Assembly (NCBI GenBank): GCA_964580865.1
Contig: CAZONM010000002.1
Span: 1-58,912 of the forward strand
Length of the DNA: 58,912 bases
Source of the DNA: an uncultured Myxococcales bacterium
GTDB lineage: Bacteria > Myxococcota > UBA727 > VGSZ01
Reading direction: 5' to 3'
The notes under the pieces were generated by a model. That model ran no database searches. It had not been told where the DNA came from and saw nothing but the letters and a program-made list of their open reading frames with translations. A program made the position numbers and the translations under genes. Of the stretch, positions 22,487 through 33,498 are shown piece after piece (the stretch's first letter is position 1; each line of letters opens with the position of its first letter).

Positions 22487-23224
22487 TCACTCCTCCAGCG
22501 CCAGCGCCACCACCGCGGTGCCCGCACCGACGACCACCAGCGCGGCGCCGGTGACTCCCGTGTACACGGCGGCCGTATAGAGGTCGCGGCTGCGTTGCTC
22601 GGCCGCGTGCGCGACCTCGACGTCGAGGTTGGGCGGCGTCAACGCCGTCGACGCCGCCTGGAATTCGAGGTGCGACCAGCCCCACAGCCCCAAGGCCGCC
22701 GCCGCCCCGAGGGCGCCGACGACGCCCACCGCCCCGCCGATCCACGGCCACACGTTCACCGGCGCCGCCGCGCCGAGCGCCTCGTCGACGACGTCGGGGA
22801 TGAGGGGCAGGAGGGCCGACGGGGCGTCGCCGTGGGCCTCCGCCGACACGCGCGCGAGCACCTTCATGGTGCGGGTCTCAGTGCGGGTCATGGTCAGGAG
22901 CCACACATCGCCGATGCGTCCGACCTGGCCCGCCAGCAGTTGCTCCGCGTTGAGCGCGTCGGCGATCTCGTTGGTGCACGACTCGGTGTCGCAGCCCATG
23001 GCGGCCTTGGCCGCCTCCACGTCGAGCAGCGCGCCGATGTCGGCGGCGCCCACTACCTCGAACAGCTCGTGGTGCCGACGCGCAGACACCACGAGCTGCT
23101 CGGCGAGCAGCTCGGCGGTGGCGGGATCGACGTTGGGCGCGCGCAGCGGCACCAGGTACACGCGCGGCGCGGCCAGCGCCGACGAGGACACACAGAACGC
23201 CAGCGCGAGCGCGATCGAGCGCAC
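22487..23224 (-). CDS. Secreted protein with a CsgG/TolB-N-like N-terminal domain and a C-terminal hydrophobic helix pair
   Basis: Signal peptide [18 protein letters not shown]; [37 protein letters not shown] pattern; abuts the GE-lipoprotein gene. Confidence 0.65.
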   Translation of the reverse strand: MRSIALALAFCVSSSALAAPRVYLVPLRAPNVDPATAELLAEQLVVSARRHHELFEVVGAADIGALLDVEAAKAAMGCDTESCTNEIADALNAEQLLAGQVGRIGDVWLLTMTRTETRTMKVLARVSAEAHGDAPSALLPLIPDVVDEALGAAAPVNVWPWIGGAVGVVGALGAAAALGLWGWSHLEFQAASTALTPPNLDVEVAHAAEQRSRDLYTAAVYTGVTGAALVVVGAGTAVVALALEE

Positions 23225-23356
23225 GCCCCGCTGATAGCGATGCACGAGCGCGATGCAAAGGGGCGCCGGGAGCACCCCGGACCCGTCGCGGCACGCCGGG
23301 GCCACCCCGCCGCCCCCGGGGTTGCGCGGCCGCCCTCACGTGGGCATCACCGACGA

Positions 23357-25479
<2,123 letters not shown>

Positions 25480-25483
<4 letters not shown>

Positions 25484-26457
25484 CCGTCGACGCGCTCGCC
25501 CAAGCGCTCGGCGCCGGCGACCGCCGCGCGCTGGCGCGCGCCATCACGCTGGTCGAGAGCGGCCGTGACGACGACCAGCAGGAGGCCGCGCGTCTCCTCG
25601 AGCTGGTGCTGCCGAAGACCGGTGGCGCCATGCGGGTGGGCATCTCGGGACCACCCGGCGTGGGCAAGTCCACGCTCATCGAGGCGCTCGGCTGCATGCT
25701 CGTCGACCGCGGCGAGCAGGTGGCCGTGCTCGCCATCGATCCCACGAGCCCCACCACGGGCGGCTCGCTCCTCGGCGACAAGACGCGCATGGAGCGGCTA
25801 CAGGCGAGCGAGCGAGCGTTCATCCGACCCTCGCCCTCGTCGGGCATGCTCGGCGGCACGGCACCGCACTCGCGCGACGCGCTGTTGTTGTGCGAGGCGG
25901 CGGGCTTCACGGTGGTGCTGGTGGAGACCGTGGGCGTGGGGCAGAGCGAGATCGCCATCGCCGACCTCGTGGACACGGTGGTGCTGGTCTTGCCCCCCGG
26001 CGGCGGCGACGAGCTGCAGGGGCAGAAGCGCGGCCTGCTCGAGCGCACCGACGTCATCGCGGTCAACAAGGCCGACGGCGCGCGCGCCGCCGACGCCGAG
26101 CGCACGCGCGCCGACTACGCGAGCGCCGCGCACCTGTTCCTCAAGAGCGTGCCGGGCTTCACCGTGCCGGCGCTGGTGGTGAGCGCGCTCGAGGGGACCG
26201 GGGTGGGCGCGCTGTGGGACGCCGTGCGCGCCCACCGCCAGGCGCTGGTCGACGCGGGAGTGCTCGAGCCCCGACGTGCGGCGCAGGCCGAGCGCGCGCT
26301 GTGGCACGCTCTCGAGCGCGCGCTGCTCGCGCAGCTGCACGCGCACCCGGCCGTGCGCATGGCCCTGCCGGTTGCCGTCGACGACGTGCGCGCCGGGCGC
26401 ACCAGCGCGAGCGCGGCCGCGCGCGGTCTGTTGGCGCGCCTCGTGGGCGGGGCGTGA
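25480..26457 (+). CDS. meaB: Methylmalonyl-CoA mutase-associated GTPase
   Basis: GTGA overlap with the mutase; [43 protein letters not shown]. Confidence 0.95.
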
Positions 26458-26461
26458 CGTC

Positions 26462-27484
26462 GTGAAGGCGCGGTTTGCCGCGGTGCTCACCCTGCTCGCG
26501 CTCGCCGCCGCGTCGGCGCGCGCCGGTGAGGGCGACGACTTCTACCCGTGGCACCGGCCGCTCGACGACTCGCGCGACGCCATCAATCGCCGTTACAACG
26601 AGGTGTTCGCCGACGCGTTGCGCGACGTGAACCGCGGCGGTGCGTGGCGCACCAGGACGTGCGTCGACGTGGCGCACGCCATGACCGAGCGCCTCTTCTG
26701 GACCGAGTACCGCTTCCTCCTGCGCGCGCAGCCGCACTTCGGCTTGCACTACGCGCCGCGCACCAACACGGAGGACCTCGAGGAGTACCGCGCGCGCAGC
26801 CTCTATCGCTACGTGCCCTTCTGGTGGGTGCCCTTGACGGTGGCGCCGCTCGAGCGGGAGCTGCGCGTGGCCGAGGTGACCTTCAGCACCGACAAGATCG
26901 CGCACTTCTTCCCCACGGGGTGGCGGTACTGGCGGCTGTACCGCGAGCGGCGCGCCGCCGGCGACGACGACGAGCGCGCGCTGCGCGCGGCCATCGAGGA
27001 GATCGGCGTGGCCACGGAGCTCGGCGGCTGGGGCCTCGGCATCGACGGCATCTTCTCGTTCGCCGATCTCGAGGCGAACTACCAGGGTCTCGTGTTCTTT
27101 CAGCGTTTGTGCGACGGCGACACGCCCGATCTCGTCCAGGGCGCCGACGGCTGGGCGCTGCGGCGCGCCTTCGACCTCGGCGAATGGGTCAACCCCTGCT
27201 GGGACGAGAGCTATTACGGCAACGTGTACGTCGAGGCCATCTGGCCGGCGATCCAACGCGCCCTGACCCAGACCTGCCCGCTCTTGGCGCGCCCGCACGT
27301 CGTCGCGCAGCGCGCGCGCTACCGCGCGCTCGGGTGCACCAGCCGGTCCGTGCGCATCATGGACGAGCTCATCGCCGATGGCAGCGTGCCAAACCCGCGG
27401 CCCTACGACATCGAGACGGTCTGTGCCACCTTCGCCACACGAGGAGCACCCCATGGTAACCCCGCGCATCCTCTGCCTCGGTGA
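26462..27484 (+). CDS. Secreted hypothetical protein
   Basis: Signal peptide KARFAAVLTLLALAAASARA; Trp/Tyr-rich; TDKIAHFF and ADLEANYQG motifs; six Cys. Confidence 0.7.
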   Translation: MKARFAAVLTLLALAAASARAGEGDDFYPWHRPLDDSRDAINRRYNEVFADALRDVNRGGAWRTRTCVDVAHAMTERLFWTEYRFLLRAQPHFGLHYAPRTNTEDLEEYRARSLYRYVPFWWVPLTVAPLERELRVAEVTFSTDKIAHFFPTGWRYWRLYRERRAAGDDDERALRAAIEEIGVATELGGWGLGIDGIFSFADLEANYQGLVFFQRLCDGDTPDLVQGADGWALRRAFDLGEWVNPCWDESYYGNVYVEAIWPAIQRALTQTCPLLARPHVVAQRARYRALGCTSRSVRIMDELIADGSVPNPRPYDIETVCATFATRGAPHGNPAHPLPR

Positions 27485-28403
27485 GGCGCTCATCGACTTC
27501 CTGCAGCTCGACGACGGCGACAGCTTCAAGCGCCAAGCCGGCGGCGCGCCGCTCAACGTAGCGTGCGGCGCCGCCAAGCTCGGCGCCAGCGCCGCCATGA
27601 TCACCATGCTCGGGCGCGACCTGTTCGGCGACTTCCTCGAGCGCACCATGGTGGAGCACCACGTCGACACGCGCGGCGTGCGGCGCTCGGACCAGGCGAA
27701 CACCGCGCTGGCGTTCGTGGCGCTCGACGCGCGCGGCGAGCGAACCTTCAGCTTCTACCGAAAGCCCTGCGCCGACCAGCTCCTGGCGCCTGCGCACCTC
27801 GACGACGCGCTGTTCGGCGCCGAGCTCGACGTGTTTCATTTCGGCAGCATCTCGCTCATCACCGAGCCGAGCGCGAGCGCGACGCGCGCCGCGGCCGAGC
27901 GCGCGCGCGCGGCGGGCGCGTGGGTGTCGTACGACCCGAACCTGCGCGAACCCCTGTGGCCCGACCTCGACAGCGCGCGACGCACCATGCTCGACGCGGT
28001 GGCCCTCGCCGACGTGGTCAAGGTGTCGGAGGGCGAGCTGCGCTTCCTCACCGGCGAGGAGCACGACAGCGGCGTCGCCACGCTGTTGGAGCGCGGACCC
28101 GTCGCGGTCGTGGTCACGCGCGGCGAGCGCGGCTGTAGCGTCTTCTCGGTCGAGGCCGACCCCGTGCACGCGGCGGGCCTCGGCGTGGAGGTGGTCGACA
28201 CCACCGGCGCGGGCGACGCCTTCGTGGCGGCGTTCCTGGACGCCTGGGTGCGCGCGGGCATCGCCGCGCCCGCGGACGTCAGCGGCGAGCGCCTGGCCGT
28301 GTGCGCGCTGCGCGGCAACGCCGCGGGCGCGCTCGCCACCACGCGCTACGGCGCGATCCCAGCGTTGCCGACGCGAGCCGAGGTCGACGCGTTGCTCGCC
28401 TGA
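27453..28403 (+). CDS. PfkB-family carbohydrate kinase (fructokinase-like)
   Basis: GAGGAG RBS; GEALID, GGAPLNVA, YDPNLR, DTTGAGDAF. Confidence 0.9.
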   Translation: MVTPRILCLGEALIDFLQLDDGDSFKRQAGGAPLNVACGAAKLGASAAMITMLGRDLFGDFLERTMVEHHVDTRGVRRSDQANTALAFVALDARGERTFSFYRKPCADQLLAPAHLDDALFGAELDVFHFGSISLITEPSASATRAAAERARAAGAWVSYDPNLREPLWPDLDSARRTMLDAVALADVVKVSEGELRFLTGEEHDSGVATLLERGPVAVVVTRGERGCSVFSVEADPVHAAGLGVEVVDTTGAGDAFVAAFLDAWVRAGIAAPADVSGERLAVCALRGNAAGALATTRYGAIPALPTRAEVDALLA

Positions 28404-28784
28404 TCAGAGCTGCTCGATCTTGTCCATGGCCGCGACGGCCGAGGCCACGCCTGCCCAGTCGCCGTCGAAGCGGTGGGCGAGGTCGTCGACGTAGAGGTGC
28501 GCGTAGGGCTTGCCGAAGATCAGCTCGTGGTGCTTGACGCCGTGGCGCGCGAGCCAGGCGCGCGTCACCTCGCCCACCATGGCCATCACCTTCTGCACGT
28601 CGCCCTCGCAGGTGCGCATACGACGCGCCGTGTAGATGATGATGTAGTGCCCCTGATCGTACAGGCGGTTGATGGTCTCGATCGCGCCGGGCAGCGGCGC
28701 CGCGTTCTCGTAGTCACCCTGCTTGTTCTGCAGGGTGCAGATGGTGCCGTCGAGGTCGAAGCACAGACGTTTGGTGTCGACCAT
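28404..28784 (-). CDS. Small HAD-superfamily phosphatase (capsule-biosynthesis BcbF/EcbF-like)
   Basis: DLDGT nucleophile motif, YTARRM, GKP..LYVDD; about 126 aa with no cap domain. Confidence 0.75.
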   Translation of the reverse strand: MVDTKRLCFDLDGTICTLQNKQGDYENAAPLPGAIETINRLYDQGHYIIIYTARRMRTCEGDVQKVMAMVGEVTRAWLARHGVKHHELIFGKPYAHLYVDDLAHRFDGDWAGVASAVAAMDKIEQL

Positions 28785-28794
28785 GACGCCCGCG

Positions 28795-30513
28795 TTACTT
28801 ATCGAGGACGCGCGACGCAACCCGGTTGAGCGCCTCGGTGGCGATACAGAAGAACGCCTTCATGCGCTGCGGGTGGTCCTGGTGCAGCGGCAGCATCGAG
28901 TAGAACAGGATGCTCATGATGAACTCGATCTCGTCGAGGTCGAGCTTGTGGCGCTGCGTCAGCGTCTCCTTGAGGATCTGCCCGATGCGGTGGTGGTCGT
29001 CGCTCGCGTAGACCGTGAGCGTGAACTCGTTGTCGTGGTGGTCGAGATGGAACAGATCGTGCGTGATGAAGTCGTAGTGCCCCACGGCCGAGTGGTAGAG
29101 CTTCGCCATGTCGTACTTGAGGTCGCCGCCGAGCTTCATGGTGCCGAAGCTGCCGCGCGGGTCCACCAGCTTGAAGCTCTGACCGTCGACGTCATAGAGC
29201 ACGTTCGAGAAGCACAGGTCGCCGTGGATGAGGCACAGGTCTTCCTCGCGGGCGATGCGCGGGAACATCACCTCGGCGACGCGCTTGAACAAGTCGCGGT
29301 ACGGCGTGTGGGTCTGGCCGTTGATCACGACCTTGCCGTAGCTGAACATCTCGCAGAACTCGGTGTTGTTCTTGACGTCGTCGATGCGCTCGAACGTCTT
29401 CTCGAGGTAGTGGCGGCGGTAGTCGCCCTGCCAATCGTCGGACTCCCATGCCTTCACGGTGCGGAAGCGCTCCATGTAGGTGTCGACGAGGTTGGTGAGG
29501 ATCTTGCGCCACATCTCTACGCGCAGGTTCTCGTAGAGGAACAGCTCGGACAGCGTGGGCGTGGGCACGTACTCGAGCGTCAGGAACGGGTCGTCGGGGT
29601 CGAGGTCGTAGTCGACCACCGTGGGGATGTAGCTGCGCAGCTTCTTGGGGAGCGTGACGAACCAGTTGATCTCGTCGAGGAACTTGGCCTTGTGCTTGCT
29701 GCGCTTGGTGACGGTGTTGCCGGAGATCTCGAGCGTGTTGAACTCGCGCGGCGCCACCAGCATCGACTTCTTCGAGGCCTGGTACGTGTCCTTCGAGCCG
29801 CAGTCGAACCACTTCTCGACGAGCTGCCCGTACACCGGGATGGCGCGCTCGTAGTACTCGAGCGCCGAGCTGATCTGGTACTCGTTCTTGATGCGCCGGT
29901 TCTCGCTCTTGATGTGGCGCACGCCGTCGAAGAAGCGCTGCGCGTCGTGCAGGTAGTAGATGCCCACCAGCGCCTTGTCGGTGTCGACCGCGCCGTCGGG
30001 CTTGTCGACGTAACCCACCACCTTGCCGGCGCTGTCGGTCTCGATGAGGCACCAGCGCCAGCTGTCGTTCACGGGGCTGTACATGACGAACGAGCGATCG
30101 TCGGGGAGCTCGAGGCGTTGCTCGAACACCGTGTCGCCGAGCACCACCAGCATGCCCTTGGTCTTCACCCACGGCTCGGCGAGCGCGATGGCGCTGGCCA
30201 CGCCGTCGAGCTCGGTCTGCTCCACGAAGCTGATGTCGAGTCCCGGGCGACCCGCGTAGTAGCGCTTGACGAAGTCGGTGAGGAAGTGGCCGAGGTGCCC
30301 GTAGATGATCGTGAAGCTGGTGAAGCCCTGCGCGATGAGCTCGTCGAGGATCCAGCTGATGATGGGCTTCTCGCGCAGCGGGATCATCGCCTTGGGGATG
30401 CGCGCCGAGGTGGGCAGCATGCGCGTGCCCAGGCCCGCCGCGGGGATGACCACGTGCGGCTTCTGGGCGGCGACGTCGGCCGACGGGGCCTCGAGCTTGC
30501 GCGCTGCGACCAT
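28795..30513 (-). CDS. Fusion of a sugar-phosphate nucleotidyltransferase and an APH/choline-kinase-like phosphotransferase
   Basis: GGAGG RBS; N-terminal IPAAGLGTRM..PK, LGD, EKWFDCG; C-terminal HGDLCFSN and LVDPRG kinase motifs. Confidence 0.85.
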   Translation of the reverse strand: MVAARKLEAPSADVAAQKPHVVIPAAGLGTRMLPTSARIPKAMIPLREKPIISWILDELIAQGFTSFTIIYGHLGHFLTDFVKRYYAGRPGLDISFVEQTELDGVASAIALAEPWVKTKGMLVVLGDTVFEQRLELPDDRSFVMYSPVNDSWRWCLIETDSAGKVVGYVDKPDGAVDTDKALVGIYYLHDAQRFFDGVRHIKSENRRIKNEYQISSALEYYERAIPVYGQLVEKWFDCGSKDTYQASKKSMLVAPREFNTLEISGNTVTKRSKHKAKFLDEINWFVTLPKKLRSYIPTVVDYDLDPDDPFLTLEYVPTPTLSELFLYENLRVEMWRKILTNLVDTYMERFRTVKAWESDDWQGDYRRHYLEKTFERIDDVKNNTEFCEMFSYGKVVINGQTHTPYRDLFKRVAEVMFPRIAREEDLCLIHGDLCFSNVLYDVDGQSFKLVDPRGSFGTMKLGGDLKYDMAKLYHSAVGHYDFITHDLFHLDHHDNEFTLTVYASDDHHRIGQILKETLTQRHKLDLDEIEFIMSILFYSMLPLHQDHPQRMKAFFCIATEALNRVASRVLDK

Positions 30514-30622
30514 GGGCTCCTCCGGGCGTTTGGCCTTGCCCTCGCCTACGTCGGCCTTCACCTCACGTGCCAGGCGGTCGTCGCGGATGGGCGCGCCCTC
30601 CGCCGTACGGTCCGCCTGGGAA

Positions 30623-30642
30623 CCGTGTGAAGTCCGTGTGAA
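30623..30642. promoter_or_regulatory. Direct repeat CCGTGTGAA-GT-CCGTGTGAA (11-bp period) upstream of the nucleotidyltransferase gene
   Basis: Two exact 9-mers 11 bp apart in a roughly 200-bp intergenic region; function inferred. Confidence 0.4.
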
Positions 30643-30716
30643 ATGGGAGGGGAGAAAGAGGCGCACGTTCGACTGTGTAGCTGGCCACGCGGATCGCGAT
30701 CTCGCAAGGGGGGCGG

Positions 30717-32189
30717 CTACTTTTGTCGACGAGCGGGGTCGAGATCGGCCGGCATACGGCTCTCGCGCTGCACGCGCGTCACGCTGGGCGGCAGCACCGC
30801 GGGCAACGCGTTGTCGCGCGCGATGCCGGCGAACAGCGCGGCGCTTTTGCGCGCGCGCCGCGCACCGGTCGCGTAGTCGACCTCGTAGAGCCCGAAGCGC
30901 GGCCACGGCCCGCGCTTCCACTCCCAGTTGTCGGTCATGGACCAGTAGAAGAACCCGCGCACGTCCACGCCTTCCTCGAGGGCGCGGTGCGTCCACGCCA
31001 CGTGATCGACGATGAAGCGCGGTCGGCGCGAGTCGTCCGCGTCGGCGATGCCACACTCGGTGACGAACAGCGGCACGCCGGGGTAGCGCGTGTGCACCTT
31101 GGTGAGCGTGCGGTACAGCCCCTCGGGAAAGATCTCCCAGTCGAGATCGCTGGTGGTCCATGGCGTCTGGCGCGCGGCGCTGACGAGGCCCGGCGACAGG
31201 GGTGAGAACGACGTCACGGCGCGGGTGAAGTAGTTGACGCCGATCCAATCGAGCGTGCGCGCGCACGCCGGATCGTGCGCGCGCAGCCGGTGCGTCGGCG
31301 GCAGGAACACGTCGATGTTGCCGGTGGCGAGCGCGTCGAGCAGCGCCCAGTTGAACACGCGCTCAAACACCCCGCGGATGGGTACGTCGACCAGGAAGCC
31401 GCGGCGGAACACGTCGAAGAAGAAGTAGATCTGGCCCACCTTGGCGTCGCCACCGTCGGGCGCGCGCGTGGCGTCTTTGAGCGCGCGGTAGGCGACGGCG
31501 TGCGCGTCGATCATGGTGCGATACACGCGCAGCGCGCGCGGCGCGTCGGCCACGCAGGGCGGGATCTCGGCGATGAGGTAGCCGGTGAGCGCGTAGATCT
31601 GCGAGTCGATCATGGTCGACCACCAGTCGACGAAGGGACCGAGCTCGCGCCCACACAGCTGCACGTACGCGCGCCAGCGCTCCATCAGGCGTGGGTTCTC
31701 CCAGCCGCCGTCGTCGGCGGCCCATAGCGGCAACGTGAAGTGCCACAGGTTCACGAACGTGGTGAAGCCGTGCTGCTCCTTCATGGTGCGCAGCATGTCG
31801 CGATAGCGGCCGAGCGCCGCCTGATCGTAGGCGCCGGGGGCGGGCTCGATGCGCGACCACTCGAGGCCGATGCGGTGCGCGTTGTGGTGGTCGGCGGCCG
31901 CCAACGCGAGGTCGCCCTGCCAGCGCTCCCAGAAGTCGGCGCCGCGCTCCTGGGTCGCGCCACGATCGATGGGCGGCGGCGACGTGCGCTCCCACCGGCT
32001 CCAGTCGTTGTTGAAGCTGTTGCCCTCGTGTTGGTACGCGTCTTCGCCGGCGCCCCACAGAAAGCCCGCGGGGAAGCGGGCGCCCGGCCGCTCCTCGACG
32101 AGCGACGGGGGCATGGTGCGCCGCAGGCTCCACCACAGGGTGAAGCCGAGGAAGGCGAGCAACGCCGTCGCGGCGACGAGCCAGGGCAT
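30717..32189 (-). CDS. N-terminally membrane-anchored glycoside hydrolase family 1 protein with an atypical acid/base motif
   Basis: FLWG..AYQHEG, RIGLEWSRIEP, NLWHFTLP, nucleophile VTECG, WSMTDNWEW, RFGLYEVD; WSTMIDS replaces WxTxNEP. Confidence 0.85.
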   Translation of the reverse strand: MPWLVAATALLAFLGFTLWWSLRRTMPPSLVEERPGARFPAGFLWGAGEDAYQHEGNSFNNDWSRWERTSPPPIDRGATQERGADFWERWQGDLALAAADHHNAHRIGLEWSRIEPAPGAYDQAALGRYRDMLRTMKEQHGFTTFVNLWHFTLPLWAADDGGWENPRLMERWRAYVQLCGRELGPFVDWWSTMIDSQIYALTGYLIAEIPPCVADAPRALRVYRTMIDAHAVAYRALKDATRAPDGGDAKVGQIYFFFDVFRRGFLVDVPIRGVFERVFNWALLDALATGNIDVFLPPTHRLRAHDPACARTLDWIGVNYFTRAVTSFSPLSPGLVSAARQTPWTTSDLDWEIFPEGLYRTLTKVHTRYPGVPLFVTECGIADADDSRRPRFIVDHVAWTHRALEEGVDVRGFFYWSMTDNWEWKRGPWPRFGLYEVDYATGARRARKSAALFAGIARDNALPAVLPPSVTRVQRESRMPADLDPARRQK

Positions 32190-32194
32190 CGCGC

Positions 32195-33331
32195 TCAAGC
32201 GGGCAGGTGCGGCGCGGCCGCGCGGCTCTCGAGCCGGTCCTTGATGGCGAGCTCGACCACGCGCTCGGCGGCGCGCGGCTGGCCGGCGGCCCTCGACGCC
32301 TCGTGCATGCGGCGCAGCTTCTCGGGGTGCGCGAGCAGATCGTCGATGGCGCGCAGCACGTCGTCGATGGTGTCGGTGACGATGCCGGCGCCGATGGTCT
32401 CGAGCCAGCGCGCGTTGCCGAGCTCGTGGCCCGGCGGCGAGCCGTACAGCAGCACCGGGCACCCCGTGGCCAGGCACTCGGCGCACATGAGGGCGCCGCC
32501 CTTGCCCACCATCAGGTCGGCGGCGCGCATGATCACGTCCATGAAGTCGACGAAGCCATAGACCTTGCCGTCGATGCCGGCCTTGGCGATGAGCTTCTCG
32601 ATGCGCTCCTTGGCCTCGGCGCTCTTGCCGCACACCACCACCGGGTAGACGTGCTTGCCCTTCATGGAGTCGACGATGCGGTCGATGTTGGTGCCGCCGA
32701 AGGTGCCGGCGAAGAAGAACAACACCGTGGCGTCGAGCGGGATGCCGAGCTTGGTGCGCGCAGCGTCGCGCGATAGCTCCTCGGAGAACGCGGGCTTGAT
32801 GGGGATGCCGGTGATGGCGAGCTGCTCCGCCGACAAGCCCGACGCCATGGCCTGCTCTCGCTGCTTCTCCGTCGAGACGAAGGTGTGGTCGGTCTCGGGC
32901 CAGCGGAAGTACAGGTCGAGCCAGATGAACTCGGTGCAGATGTAGTTGATGCGCATGTCGAGCTTCGACTCGCGCCGCACGCGCGCGGCCACCGGGTTAC
33001 AGACGAAGTGCGTGATGAACACGACGTCGGGCTTGAACTCGCGTAGCTCGCGCCGCATGCCCCACCACGGCAGCTGGTACATCCACCAGCCCCAGAAGCG
33101 CGTGGCGAACAGCGGCGACTCGTACATCCAGCCCCAGATGCGCGGCGCCGTGTATTGCATCTTGAGCCACCACCACGCGAACAGCACCTGGAACCAGCGC
33201 GGCGTGTAGATGAGCGCGTCGATGGTGCGCAGCTCGATGTCGGGGTGGAGCTTGGTGAGCGCCGCCTTGAGGTTGTTGGCCGCCTCTTGGTGGCCGCCGC
33301 CCACGTTCAACAGCAAGATCGCCGCCTTCAC
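32195..33331 (-). CDS. MGDG-synthase/UgtP-like diacylglycerol glycosyltransferase (GT28)
   Basis: GGAGG RBS; GGGH, ITHF, CTEF, TGIPI..F, VVCGK, GFVDFM..MRAADLMVGKGG, PGHELGNA. Confidence 0.85.
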   Translation of the reverse strand: MKAAILLLNVGGGHQEAANNLKAALTKLHPDIELRTIDALIYTPRWFQVLFAWWWLKMQYTAPRIWGWMYESPLFATRFWGWWMYQLPWWGMRRELREFKPDVVFITHFVCNPVAARVRRESKLDMRINYICTEFIWLDLYFRWPETDHTFVSTEKQREQAMASGLSAEQLAITGIPIKPAFSEELSRDAARTKLGIPLDATVLFFFAGTFGGTNIDRIVDSMKGKHVYPVVVCGKSAEAKERIEKLIAKAGIDGKVYGFVDFMDVIMRAADLMVGKGGALMCAECLATGCPVLLYGSPPGHELGNARWLETIGAGIVTDTIDDVLRAIDDLLAHPEKLRRMHEASRAAGQPRAAERVVELAIKDRLESRAAAPHLPA

Positions 33332-33498
33332 CGTTCCGCCTCCGCTCGCCGGCCCGCGCGCCGTGCCGTGCCGTACCTCCGCTAATCCGCGCGGCGCGCG
33401 TCGTCTACGGAGGGCTACGCAGGATCGCGACGTGACGGCGGCGGGTGCGACACGGTGCGCGTCCCCTGTTGGCCCGCGCCGTGCAGTCACCCTGCGCT

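Noticed and set aside
22595-23356. N-terminal extension of methylmalonyl-CoA mutase (962 aa)
   Set aside because: It overlaps opposite-strand genes; mutase homology begins at ATG 23357.
23225-23356. Cobalamin riboswitch upstream of the B12-dependent mutase
   Set aside because: The region is only about 130 nt and shows no B12-box or GCCACUG-type core.
28404-30513. Apparently lower GC suggesting horizontal transfer
   Set aside because: Third positions remain almost all G/C; the effect comes from Lys/Asp/Glu/Tyr-rich protein composition, as in the bcr genes.
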